Origin: Thermoproteota archaeon
Lineage (GTDB): Archaea; Korarchaeota; Korarchaeia; Korarchaeales; Korarchaeaceae
Assembly (NCBI GenBank): GCA_027491915.1
Contig: JAOZGC010000002.1
Coordinates: 608,001 to 672,000, forward strand
Direction: 5' to 3'
DNA length: 64,000 nt
Shown: piece by piece, positions 47,395-56,397 of the stretch
How the letters are laid out: each line of letters begins with the position of its first letter
Numbering within the stretch: position 1 is the stretch's first letter
Notes under the pieces: generated by a model
The model's database searches: none
The model's input: only the letters and a program-made list of their open reading frames with translations
What the model was told of the DNA's origin: nothing
Made by a program: the position numbers and the translations under genes

Positions 47395-49116
47395 TCAGAT
47401 CGCCTCCCCCATCCCCTCCAGCACGTCCTCGTGGGTTATGGGCCTCCCGTCGTACCTGAGCACGGTCCCGTCCACCCCGATCCCGGTCTCCATCCTCAGG
47501 AGCCTCGCCAGCTGACCGGTGGCGTTGTTCTCCACGGAGTATATCTCCCCCGCGTTGGAGAGGGCCCTCTGCGCCTCCTCCGACGGGAAGGGCCAGAGGA
47601 CCACGAACCGGACGAACCTGACCCTCCTCCCCCTCTCCCTCAGCCTCGCCGCCGCCTCAAGCACGGCGCCGCGGGTGGAGCCCCAGCCCACCAGCGTGAC
47701 CTCCGGGTCCGGGTCCCCCACCACCTCCAGGGACCTGCCCCTCAGGGCCTCCCTCACACCCAGCAGCTTCCTCAGCCTCTTCTCGGTCATGGCCCTGGCG
47801 GTGTCGGGGTTCTCCTCGGCCCAACCCCTCTCGTTGTGCTCCGAGCTGTTCTGCTTCACTATGGCACCCCTCGTCCCCGGCAGGGCCCTCGGGGAGATCC
47901 CGGACTCGGTCAGGGCGTACCTTAGGTACTCGCCGGGCCCCCTCCACTCCCCGGATATGAGCTCCCCCCTGTCCACCTCCACCCTGGACGGGTCGGGCGC
48001 CCTCACCGTGAAGTAGCTCTCGGCCAGGTGCTTGTCCGTGATCACTATGACCGGGATCTGGAACCTCTCCGCTATGTTGAAGGCCTCCGCCGACAGGTAG
48101 AAGGCCTCCTCCGGGTCGGCCGGGGCAAGCACGGCCCTCGGGAACTCCCCCTGGGACGCGGTTATGGCGAAGAGGAGGTCTCCCTGGGAGGTGTAGGTCG
48201 GCAGCCCCGTGCTGGGGCCGGGCCTCTGGACCAGGAATATGACCAGGGGAGTCTCGGTGGCGCCCGCCTGGCCGAGCCCCTCGACCATGAGGGAGAACCC
48301 TCCCCCCGACGTCCCGGTGGCCGCCCGGACCCCAGCGTAGGCCGCCCCGGTGGCCATGACCACGGCCGCTATCTCGCTCTCCGTCTGGACGACCCCTATG
48401 CCGGCCTCCCTCTGGACCCCGGCCAGGTAGTGCAGTATGGGGGAGGCCGGGGTCATGGGGTAGGCCGCGTAGAACCTCATCCCCCCTGCCAGCGCCCCCA
48501 GGGCGCAGGCCTCGTTCCCCGTGATGAGCACCCTGTCCCCCCGGCCCCCCACGGGCTCGACCCTCATGCCCTCCGGCAGCGGATTCCGGGCCGCCAGCTC
48601 GTACCCCCTCCTGGCCAGGGCGGCGTTCACCCGGTACACCTCCGGCGGGAACTCGTCGCCCATGACCGACAGGAGCAGGTCTAGGTCGTACCCCAGGGCC
48701 CCCAGCAGGGCCCCCAGGGCGGCGGAGTTCCTGACGACCCTCCTGGCCCCAGCCTCCCTGGCCCAGGAGGTGGCCGGGATCGGGTAGGCCGCGGCCCGCC
48801 CCGGGGGCTCCGCCCCGGCCGAGGCGTCTGAGTCGAAGACCACGGGACCGCCCGGGCGGACCTCCCCCCCGAAGGACCCCAGGATGTCCCCGTTCAGGGC
48901 CACGAGCGCGTCCACCCCCCTGCGCGGGGCGGACACCTCGGAGTCCGACACCCGGACCAGGTGGAGGTTCCTGCCCCCCCTTATCAGGGATGGGTAGTCG
49001 AAGACGGAGACCACGGTGAGGCCGCCCCTGACGAAGGCCTTCCCCAGCAGGTACCCCGCCTGCCGGACCCCGTCGCCGGCCTCTCCCCCTATCAGCACGT
49101 TGAGGTCCATCCCCAT
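47395..49116 (-). CDS. 2-oxoacid:ferredoxin oxidoreductase alpha (gamma-fused) subunit
   Basis: GGEAGDG, YPMTPAS, ESEIAA, TSGGGFSLM, QRPGPSTG. Confidence 0.95.
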   Translation of the reverse strand: MGMDLNVLIGGEAGDGVRQAGYLLGKAFVRGGLTVVSVFDYPSLIRGGRNLHLVRVSDSEVSAPRRGVDALVALNGDILGSFGGEVRPGGPVVFDSDASAGAEPPGRAAAYPIPATSWAREAGARRVVRNSAALGALLGALGYDLDLLLSVMGDEFPPEVYRVNAALARRGYELAARNPLPEGMRVEPVGGRGDRVLITGNEACALGALAGGMRFYAAYPMTPASPILHYLAGVQREAGIGVVQTESEIAAVVMATGAAYAGVRAATGTSGGGFSLMVEGLGQAGATETPLVIFLVQRPGPSTGLPTYTSQGDLLFAITASQGEFPRAVLAPADPEEAFYLSAEAFNIAERFQIPVIVITDKHLAESYFTVRAPDPSRVEVDRGELISGEWRGPGEYLRYALTESGISPRALPGTRGAIVKQNSSEHNERGWAEENPDTARAMTEKRLRKLLGVREALRGRSLEVVGDPDPEVTLVGWGSTRGAVLEAAARLRERGRRVRFVRFVVLWPFPSEEAQRALSNAGEIYSVENNATGQLARLLRMETGIGVDGTVLRYDGRPITHEDVLEGMGEAI

Positions 49117-49179
49117 CGGCCCGGCCGCCCCGGACGTAAGATAAAAATTCTTTCCAATTTCTCCGGCCCCGCGGGGCGC

Positions 49180-49647
49180 TCAGGCGTCCGGCCTGAGGAG
49201 CCTCCTGACGTACACTATGTCCCGCCTGACCTCGTATCCGAGGCTCCGAAACAGGGAGAGGGATGCCTCGTTCCCCTCCTCCACCAGGGCCGAGAAGACC
49301 TCCGCCCCCATCCCGGCCAGGGCGGCCTCTGCCGCCCGGACCAGGGAGGACCCGATTCCCCTCCTCCTGAAGTCCGGGTGGACCGCCAGCCTGTTTATCC
49401 AACCCTTCCTCCCGTCGAAGGTGGCCACGGTCACCCCCACCAGCCTGCCGCCCGAGTAGGCCCCCAGGAACACCACGTGATCGTCTTCGAACTGCCTGGC
49501 CAGGGATTCGGGGCTGTCCCTCCCCCTGGGTCTGTGGGGGAGGCCGGCCGCCTCCCACAGGGAGATAACGCTCCTGAGCTCGCCCGGCGGGATCTCCCTT
49601 ATCTCGATCCCGCCTCCCCTATCCCCCCGGTCCACGCCCGCCGTCAC
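49180..49647 (-). CDS. GNAT N-acetyltransferase
   Basis: LAVHPDFRRRGIG..NEASLSLFRSLGY. Confidence 0.92.
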   Translation of the reverse strand: MTAGVDRGDRGGGIEIREIPPGELRSVISLWEAAGLPHRPRGRDSPESLARQFEDDHVVFLGAYSGGRLVGVTVATFDGRKGWINRLAVHPDFRRRGIGSSLVRAAEAALAGMGAEVFSALVEEGNEASLSLFRSLGYEVRRDIVYVRRLLRPDA

Positions 49648-49709
49648 CAGTCCGCCCGCCCGGTCCGCCCGGGAAAAATTCTTACGCTCGACCCCGCGCC
49701 CCCCCGGAG

Positions 49710-50813
49710 ATGGACGTCGGCGGAAGAATTCCGGCGGCAGCCCTGGCCGCCGCGGCCCTCACCCTAATCGCGCTGGCCCTCCTCTCTGCCCTTCCCGGGC
49801 CGGGCCCGGGTCCCACCCCGGGCCCCGACCAGGGTCCCGAGACGGGCGGGGGACCCCCGGGGGCCGCGGAAAACTCGTCGGCGCCGGATAACAGGACCGA
49901 GCTGAGGAGCCTGGACTACTACGCCCTCTTCCTGGACGAGCTCACCAAGCCCAGGTACCTGACGATGACCCACAGGGAGTTCGCCCTCAGGGTGTCCCAG
50001 GGGTGGGAGCCGCCCGGGGACAGGGTCGTCGTCCTCATCAGGCACGACGTGGATCACGACCCGGAGACGGCCCTAGAGATGGCCGAGATGGAGAGGGAGA
50101 GGAACCTGACGGCCAGCTACTACTTCAGGGTCAGGGCGGACGACTACAACGCCCTGTCGGAGCGGGTATCCTCCATCATCAGGGAGATAAGCTCCTGGGG
50201 ATTCGAGGTCGGCCTCCACTACGAGGACCTGTACGCGGCCAACTACAGCGTCGGGAGGGCCGTGGAGCTGCTCAGGCTCGACCTCCAGATCATCAGGTCG
50301 GTGGTGCCGACCGTCGACACCGCCTGCGCCCACGGCAACAGGGCGGACATGCCGGTCACCAACGACAGGATATTCGAGCTCTCCGGCACGGACCCGTCCG
50401 ACTTCGGCCTGGTGGCCGAGTGCTACAACACGGTCCTGCCGCTGGTCCGCAGGTTCCAGCACAGGTACGTGGGGGACAACATGGGGAGGGCCGTGGACTG
50501 GATCCGGGAGGTCAGGAACGCCGAGCCCGGGTGGATAGAGGTCCTTCTGATACATCCGTGCTACTACGCCAGGCGCGGCGGGCCCACGAACCGGCCCGGG
50601 TTGACCTCCACCAGGGCCCTGACTTCGGAGGGGTCGTACCCCCTGGACAGGAGGTGCCCCGCCAGCCTGAGCAGGGTGAGGGGGTCCGACCTGTCCCTGC
50701 CGCTGTCGCTGTCCACCAGGATCCTGTCCCCCCTGTCCGCCCATGACGACGACAGGGCCCTCTCCACGTCGGCGAAGTCGCACTTACCGGGCTGGACCGT
50801 CAGGCCCACGTAG
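49710..50813 (+). CDS. Membrane-anchored polysaccharide-deacetylase-like protein
   Basis: N-terminal TM/signal; IRHDVD, ASYYF, EVGLHY, CAHG, LIHP; last ~80 codons overlap tatD on the opposite strand. Confidence 0.72.
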   Translation: MDVGGRIPAAALAAAALTLIALALLSALPGPGPGPTPGPDQGPETGGGPPGAAENSSAPDNRTELRSLDYYALFLDELTKPRYLTMTHREFALRVSQGWEPPGDRVVVLIRHDVDHDPETALEMAEMERERNLTASYYFRVRADDYNALSERVSSIIREISSWGFEVGLHYEDLYAANYSVGRAVELLRLDLQIIRSVVPTVDTACAHGNRADMPVTNDRIFELSGTDPSDFGLVAECYNTVLPLVRRFQHRYVGDNMGRAVDWIREVRNAEPGWIEVLLIHPCYYARRGGPTNRPGLTSTRALTSEGSYPLDRRCPASLSRVRGSDLSLPLSLSTRILSPLSAHDDDRALSTSAKSHLPGWTVRPT

Positions 50814-51385
50814 TAGCCCTCGGGCACCCTGGGGATCAGGTCGGGGGTCAGGTGGTCCACCAGCACCCTTTCCCGGCTCAGCGGGGATTCCCCCAGGATC
50901 CTGAGCAGGACCCCAAGGACGGCCGCCTTCCTGACCCTCGGGGTGTGCAGCACCACGGGCCTGTCCATCCTGTCGGCCATCCTCAGCTGCCTCATCAGGA
51001 CCTCTCTCTCCCTGTCCGACGACGTCTCCAGGCCGACCTCGCCCAGGAAGTCGGCCTCCGGCAGGAACTCCTCCACGGCCCCGAGGGCCTCCTCCAGCCC
51101 CCTCCTGGGCAGGTTCCTCGGGTGTATCCCGACGCCGACCAGGGGCCTCAGGCCGGCCTCTCGGAGCCTGGGGGCCTCCCCGTCCACGAGCCACCTGAAC
51201 AGGTCCCTCAGGGTGCTCGGACCGGACGGCGTCACCGGGACGTAGCTGAGACAGGCCGCCGAGGAGTATCCGGCCTCCCTCAGGGCCTCGAGGGTGGAGA
51301 ACCCGGTGAACTGGTGGTGGGAGTGGACGTCGACGAACCTGAAGGGCCTGATGGGGAGGGCCATGTTCCCGGACTCCCCCGCCAT
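50564..51385 (-). CDS. TatD-family hydrolase
   Basis: DVHSH, VGIHP, GEVGLE, LHTPR, VDH, DSD. Confidence 0.88.
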   Translation of the reverse strand: MAGESGNMALPIRPFRFVDVHSHHQFTGFSTLEALREAGYSSAACLSYVPVTPSGPSTLRDLFRWLVDGEAPRLREAGLRPLVGVGIHPRNLPRRGLEEALGAVEEFLPEADFLGEVGLETSSDREREVLMRQLRMADRMDRPVVLHTPRVRKAAVLGVLLRILGESPLSRERVLVDHLTPDLIPRVPEGYYVGLTVQPGKCDFADVERALSSSWADRGDRILVDSDSGRDRSDPLTLLRLAGHLLSRGYDPSEVRALVEVNPGRFVGPPRLA

Positions 51386-51475
51386 CGGGCGCCACCCCCC
51401 GGCGCGGATATAGATCTTTCCGGCCCCGGCCGGGGGCCCCTTTTATAACCCCGGCGGCCGGCCGCCCGACCCGAC

Positions 51476-51997
51476 ATGAGGACGAGGGACGTGGCAGCCT
51501 CCGGCGCGCTGGCCGCCCTCTACGCCGCCCTGGTGGTGGCTCTAGAGCCCATAAGCTTCCTGCAGGTCCAGGTCAGGGTGGCGGACGCTCTGACCGGGCT
51601 GGTCCCAGTGATGGGATGGCCCGCCATAGTCGGGCTGACCCTGGGGACGCTGATAGGGAACCTGGTCAGCCCGCTCGGACCCCTGGACCTCCTCTCGGCC
51701 GTCCCGGAGTTCTTCGGGCTCTACGCCGTCTGGATCCTGAGGAGGAGGTCAGTCCCCCTCGGCCTGTCGGTCTGCGCCGCGGCGGTCTCCGCCTGGGTGG
51801 CCCTGCTCCTGGAGGTGGTGCTGGGCCTGCCCTACCTGCCGTCCCTGGCGTACGTCCTGGCGGGGAGCCTGGTCTCCACGGTGGCCGGTGGGTATGCCGT
51901 GTACCTGTGGGCCTCCAGGGCGCTGGCCCCCCTCTGGGGCGGGGAGGGGGGAGAGGAAGGGGCGAGGGCCCCGGCCCCGGCCCCGACCCAGACCTGA
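51476..51997 (+). CDS. queT: QueT-family transporter
   Basis: AALYAAL..PISFLQVQVRVADAL..GLTLGTLIGNLVSP. Confidence 0.85.
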   Translation: MRTRDVAASGALAALYAALVVALEPISFLQVQVRVADALTGLVPVMGWPAIVGLTLGTLIGNLVSPLGPLDLLSAVPEFFGLYAVWILRRRSVPLGLSVCAAAVSAWVALLLEVVLGLPYLPSLAYVLAGSLVSTVAGGYAVYLWASRALAPLWGGEGGEEGARAPAPAPTQT

Positions 51998-52014
51998 CCC
52001 CGGATCCGGGCCGG

Positions 52015-52497
52015 TCACCTCGGGGCCAGGGCCGACGCCGAGGCGGAGGACAACTCGACGCCGGCCTCGGCCAGGCCGCTCCCCCTGTAGAGTATCCCTA
52101 TGGAGTACCCAGTCAGGATAAGGGCCACCCCGAGGGCCAGGGCGGCCGACAGGGCGTCCGCCGGGTCCCCGGTGGAGCGGGCCCTCTCGACCCAGGACAG
52201 GGCGTGCCCCGCCGCCTCCTCGGCCCCCCCCGGCGGCATGGCCGCCGCCTCCGGCCTCTCTCCCAGGACCCGCAGCAGGGCCTCCAGGTCCTCGGCGGCC
52301 CTGCCCACCCGGGAGATCACCCCCTCCACCACCCCGGCCGGGGCCTCGCCCGACCTGAGCAGCCTGGAGTAGGCGGAGAGGGCGGAGGCGGCCAGGCCGG
52401 CCGACCTCTCGGCGGCCTCAAGGGCCTCCCCCATCCTCTCGTCCCAGGGCCTCCACCCCTCCGGCGGGAGCACGGCCCGGATCCACGTCGGACCCAT
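52015..52497 (-). CDS. Hypothetical helical protein
   Basis: Typical codon usage; no motif recognised. Confidence 0.5.
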   Translation of the reverse strand: MGPTWIRAVLPPEGWRPWDERMGEALEAAERSAGLAASALSAYSRLLRSGEAPAGVVEGVISRVGRAAEDLEALLRVLGERPEAAAMPPGGAEEAAGHALSWVERARSTGDPADALSAALALGVALILTGYSIGILYRGSGLAEAGVELSSASASALAPR

Positions 52498-52608
52498 ATA
52501 ACCGTTCTGACCCCGAGCGGCGCCCGGCCGGCAGGAGGCCTGCCCGGGGATGGACCGAATCGGGCGTCCGTCGGGGAGCTCGGGCCCGGGATTCCGCCCC
52601 GGCGGGCC

Positions 52609-53013
52609 TCACCCCGACCCGCCGGGCCCGGGGCCGCGCCCCCTCGCGAGCCTCTCCACGACCCCCTCCGCCACGTCGAGCAGGTTGGCCATCTCCCTGA
52701 GCTCCCCCTCGGTGATCCTGTAATACTCGTGGGCTATCAGGTTCCCCAGGAAGATCAGCCTCTTCAGGGCCGAGAGCTCCTCGCCGCCGATCACGCCCTC
52801 CTCGCGCATGATCTGGAATATGTCCGAGTAGGTGGCAGGATACCTGCCCAGGCCGACCACGTACCTCTCGCCGATCTCTATGAGGGAATTCGCCGCCTGG
52901 AAGCACTCCATGGCCAGGGCGGTGTAGACCAGGTAGTCGGAGAGATCCCTCTCCCTCAGCTCCCTGACCCTCCTGAGGTGGGAGACGAACCTCGCCAGCT
53001 CACTCGACCTCAA
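52609..53013 (-). CDS. HepT-like (DUF86) HEPN protein with Arg-to-Gly change in the RX4H motif
   Basis: PATYSDIF..LGNLIAHEY. Confidence 0.82.
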   Translation of the reverse strand: MRSSELARFVSHLRRVRELRERDLSDYLVYTALAMECFQAANSLIEIGERYVVGLGRYPATYSDIFQIMREEGVIGGEELSALKRLIFLGNLIAHEYYRITEGELREMANLLDVAEGVVERLARGRGPGPGGSG

Positions 53014-53365
53014 GAAGCGTCTCCTCCGCCCTCCTGTACATGCGCGAGTGCTCGAGGTACGTCCTTACGGTCCTGAACTTGACCTCTTCGAACTTCCCCT
53101 CGTCCCTCAGGTAGAGCACCCTCCCCTCCCTCAGGACCTCGAACTGAATGTAGGGGGGCAACCTGTGGAACAGGACCAGGTCCACCTCTCGAGAGTAGAG
53201 GCTCCCGAGCTCCGCCTCGTCCTCGGGGGTGGGGTCGTCCACCACGACCGCCAGGTCCACATCGGAGAGCGGCGTGACCTCTCCCCTGGCGGCGGAACCG
53301 AACAGCACCACGGCCAGCACCTTCTCGTGAGACCTCAGCCTCTCCAGCAGCCGCCCCAGGTCCAT
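53000..53365 (-). CDS. MNT antitoxin (MntA-like)
   Basis: LFGSAARGEVTPLSDVDLAV. Confidence 0.9.
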   Translation of the reverse strand: MDLGRLLERLRSHEKVLAVVLFGSAARGEVTPLSDVDLAVVVDDPTPEDEAELGSLYSREVDLVLFHRLPPYIQFEVLREGRVLYLRDEGKFEEVKFRTVRTYLEHSRMYRRAEETLLEVE

Positions 53366-53388
53366 CGCCCCGCGCGCCGCCTCCAGGA

Positions 53389-53444
53389 CTTAAATCCCAG
53401 ATAATAACTAAATACAAAGTTATATATAATATTCCAATTACATA
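53389..53444. promoter_or_regulatory. AT-rich divergent promoter region with short inverted repeats (possible ArsR operator)
   Basis: TAACT-N8-AGTTA, TTATATATAA and CCAAT-N6-ATTGG between the divergent MNT and arsR genes. Confidence 0.5.
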
Positions 53445-53780
53445 TTGGCGGTGTCCCGGGGAGAGGGGGAGGGCCGTGGCCCGGGGGTCGGTGACCTCCC
53501 GGAACTCCTGAAGGTGCTCTCGGCCCTGAAGAACGAGATCAGGCTCAGGGTGATAGCGATGCTATCCGAGAAACCGCTGCACGTCTACGAGATCGCCAAG
53601 AGGCTCGGGATATCCTACCCCCTGGCTCACATGCACGTCAGCGCCCTCAAGAGGGTCGGGCTGGTGGAGGAGGCCGGGGTCGTGGAGGTGGACGGAAGGA
53701 GGAGGGTCCTATACAGGGCGGCCCCCTTCAGGCTGGTCCTCTCCCCCCGGGAGATAAGGAGGATGGTCGGAGAGGAATAG
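53445..53780 (+). CDS. ArsR-family winged-HTH regulator
   Basis: ALKNEIRLRVIAML..EIAKRLGIS..HVSALKRVGLV. Confidence 0.88.
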   Translation: MAVSRGEGEGRGPGVGDLPELLKVLSALKNEIRLRVIAMLSEKPLHVYEIAKRLGISYPLAHMHVSALKRVGLVEEAGVVEVDGRRRVLYRAAPFRLVLSPREIRRMVGEE

Positions 53781-53794
53781 GGAGGCGACCGGAG

Positions 53795-54112
53795 TTGGGC
53801 GGCTGGCGCGCGCCCGGCCTGCTGGGGCTGGCGGCGGGGGCGCTCCTCGGGGTGGGGACGCCCGCCCTGGTTTACTCCCCCGGGGACCTGGCCTCGGCCG
53901 TCGTCTCGGCCCTGGCGGTGCTCGGCGGGGTGACCGTGGCCGTGGTGGGGATCGGGGAGATGGAGGCCCTCCCCGGCGAGGGGGGGGCCCAGGGAGAGAT
54001 AGTCAGGGCGTACGTGGCCAGGCAGAAGGCGATGCTGGAGCAGCTGGACGAGACCCTGGAGCTCCTGAGGGAGATAAGGGACGCCCTGCGCGCGGGGGTG
54101 GGCGAGGGATGA
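53795..54112 (+). CDS. Small 2-TM protein with coiled-coil tail
   Basis: Two hydrophobic segments, then LDETLELLREIRDALR. Confidence 0.7.
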   Translation: MGGWRAPGLLGLAAGALLGVGTPALVYSPGDLASAVVSALAVLGGVTVAVVGIGEMEALPGEGGAQGEIVRAYVARQKAMLEQLDETLELLREIRDALRAGVGEG

Positions 54113-54246
54113 CGGGGGACCCGGAGCTCAAGTACGAGGACCTGACCTACGACGAGGTGGAGATCCTGATCTTCAAGAGGCTCAGGGAGGTGAACGAGAC
54201 GCTCAGGGAGATAAGGGATCTCCTGAGGAGGCTGGGAGGTGGGTGA
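54109..54246 (+). CDS. 45-aa coiled-coil peptide (not in the ORF track)
   Basis: MTGDPELKYEDLTYDEVEILIFKRLREVNETLREIRDLLRRLGGG; ATGA and GTGA overlaps with both neighbours. Confidence 0.7.
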   Translation: MTGDPELKYEDLTYDEVEILIFKRLREVNETLREIRDLLRRLGGG

Positions 54247-55034
54247 TGAGGGTTGACCGGAGGCGGAGGAGGTGGAGGGGGGAGAAGTTCGAGAGGTACC
54301 TCAACCCGGGGAGACCCGGAGGAGGGGTCTCGATCTCAGGGGCCGGCAGGTTCGTGGAGGGGCAGATCCTGACCGTCGGCGGCTCCGCCCGGATCTCCCG
54401 AGACCTGGAGGTGGAGCTCCTCACCGTCGGCGGCTCCCTGAGGGCCGACGGGAGGGTCAGGGCGGAGACGGCCAGGATAGGCGGCTCCGCCAGCTTCAGG
54501 TCGCTGGAGGCCAAGAGGCTCTCGGCCGGCGGATCCATCTCGATAGAGGAGACCCTGAAGGTGGACTCCGGCAGCCTTGGGGGGGCCGTGAGGGTCGGAG
54601 AGGTCCGCGCGGGGACCCTCTCCGTGGGAGGGTCCATCAGGGCCCGTAGGATAGAGGCGGAGGTTCTCAGGATAGATCTCGGCGGGGGGAGCGAGGTGGA
54701 CGAGATAAAGGCCGGGATCCTGAGGGTCAGGAGGTCGAGGGGCGGCCTCCTCGGGTCGCTGCTGGGCCTCGGCGCGGGATCCCTCAGGGCCCGCAGGATA
54801 GAGGCCGACAGCGCCGACGTGGAGTGGGTGGAGTGCGACGAGATGGTGGTGGGCAACGCCAGGATCGGGAGGGGTTGCAGGATAGGCAGGCTCTCCTACT
54901 CAGGGGAGGTCAGGATCGAGAGGGGGGCCTCCGTCCGGGAGACAGAGAGGCGGCCGGCCGGGGAATGGGCTGAAGGGGAAGCGTCGAGTGCCGGGGAGGG
55001 GGAGGCAAGTGAGGGAGACGTCGGGGGAAGCTGA
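54243..55034 (+). CDS. Bactofilin-like (polymer-forming cytoskeletal) beta-helix protein
   Basis: Repeating (L/I)x(V/I/A)GGS units, mostly 16-18 aa apart; C-term ARIGRGCRIGRLSY. Confidence 0.68.
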   Translation: MMRVDRRRRRWRGEKFERYLNPGRPGGGVSISGAGRFVEGQILTVGGSARISRDLEVELLTVGGSLRADGRVRAETARIGGSASFRSLEAKRLSAGGSISIEETLKVDSGSLGGAVRVGEVRAGTLSVGGSIRARRIEAEVLRIDLGGGSEVDEIKAGILRVRRSRGGLLGSLLGLGAGSLRARRIEADSADVEWVECDEMVVGNARIGRGCRIGRLSYSGEVRIERGASVRETERRPAGEWAEGEASSAGEGEASEGDVGGS

Positions 55035-55179
55035 GATCGGGCCCGGCCGGAGCTCGCGTCGGGGGTATCCCGGATCTCCGTGGAGATCAGGCTGCTGCCG
55101 CCCGCCATGTTGGTGGGGGGTCGGGCCCGTCGAGGTGACGCTCCGGGTCATCTGACCAGGCGCCCGGGCCCCCCTCCCA

Positions 55180-56325
55180 TCAGACCCCGATCTCGTAGAG
55201 GAAGTACGGCAGGTCCTCGCGGGAGAGGACCGTCACGCCCCGCGGGTACCTCCTCCTGGCCCTACCGCACTTCACCTCCACCCTGAGGTCCCCGGCCACC
55301 GCGTCCACCTCGTACCCGTCCCTGTAGTAGTAGACCTCCCCGTACCTGCGGAGGAGGTGCTCCTGGACCACCCACTCGCACAGGGCGTCCTCGCCGACCT
55401 CCCCCCTAGGCCCCAGGAGGGCCGACGGGATCATGGGATCCCTGAAGAAGACCTTCTTCTCCTTCCTGAAGGAGATCCTGCCGCCGGACCTCCAGTAGGC
55501 CACCCCCACGACGAACAGATCCTCCAAGAGCTCCAGGTACTCCCTGACGGTCACGTGGGACACCCCGATCTCCCTGGCTATTGAGTTGTAGCTCAGGGCG
55601 GAGGGGGCCTTCTCCACTACCTGGTAAATCACCTGCCTGGCTATCCTGGCGCTCCTGCCGGCCCTGGCCACCTCCCTGTCGATCTGGTCGGGCACCTCCT
55701 CCTCGAAGGACGGATCCCCGTTCACCGACCTGGGGAACCCGCCGACGGACAGGTACTCCTCGAACGCGGCCTCCAGCCCGGAAGGACCGTAACCCCTCAC
55801 GTCGGCGAACTCCCGGAAGCTAAGGGGGAGGACCTCGACGTCCCTGCCCATCCCTCTCCTCCCGACGAAGGACTCCGAGTACCTCCTGACCCTAACGGAG
55901 GAGGAGCCGCTCACCACGACCGCCCTGCGGGCCAGGAACCCGCCGTCTATCAGGCCCCTCACCACCCGCCACCAGTACTCCAGGCCCGTGACCTCGTCCA
56001 GGATCACCTTGTCGACCCTGGCGGGGAGCCTCGTCAGGGTGGACCTCAGCTCCCTTAGGTCGACGATCAGGTCGCAGTCCACGTACGCCACCGACCTGGG
56101 GTCCGCCCCTCCCTCCACCAGCTCCCTTATCAGCATCTTGAGGCCCGTGGTCTTCCCGACCTGCCTCGGTCCCAGGACGAAGTTCAGCGATGGGGGGACC
56201 AGGGACAGCCGATCCAGCCACCCCGGCCTCCACCTGTACTCGGCGGCCTCCAGCCTGGAGAGGTGCGGGTCCCTCATGTGCCACCGGTCGTCGTGCCACC
56301 ACGGGTTGAGCGGCTCCAGCCTCAT
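55180..56325 (-). CDS. AAA_14 ATPase with DUF4143 domain
   Basis: GPRQVGKT, ILDEV, SGSSS, PLSFREF, GGFP, HTH, KVFFRD, YEVDAV..VEVK. Confidence 0.9.
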   Translation of the reverse strand: MRLEPLNPWWHDDRWHMRDPHLSRLEAAEYRWRPGWLDRLSLVPPSLNFVLGPRQVGKTTGLKMLIRELVEGGADPRSVAYVDCDLIVDLRELRSTLTRLPARVDKVILDEVTGLEYWWRVVRGLIDGGFLARRAVVVSGSSSVRVRRYSESFVGRRGMGRDVEVLPLSFREFADVRGYGPSGLEAAFEEYLSVGGFPRSVNGDPSFEEEVPDQIDREVARAGRSARIARQVIYQVVEKAPSALSYNSIAREIGVSHVTVREYLELLEDLFVVGVAYWRSGGRISFRKEKKVFFRDPMIPSALLGPRGEVGEDALCEWVVQEHLLRRYGEVYYYRDGYEVDAVAGDLRVEVKCGRARRRYPRGVTVLSREDLPYFLYEIGV

Positions 56326-56326
56326 C

Positions 56327-56379
56327 TTGACACTTCACTTTCAACGATTTATATATAAATTGACAGCGAACTGTCAATT
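56327..56379. promoter_or_regulatory. Two TTGACA-N6-T(G/T)TCAA operator-like palindromes flanking a palindromic TATA box
   Basis: TTGACActtcacTTTCAA (56327-44), ATTTATATATAAAT (56347-60), AATTGACAG-cgaa-CTGTCAATT (56358-79). Confidence 0.7.
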
Positions 56380-56397
56380 AGGAGGGGGAGAGAAACG

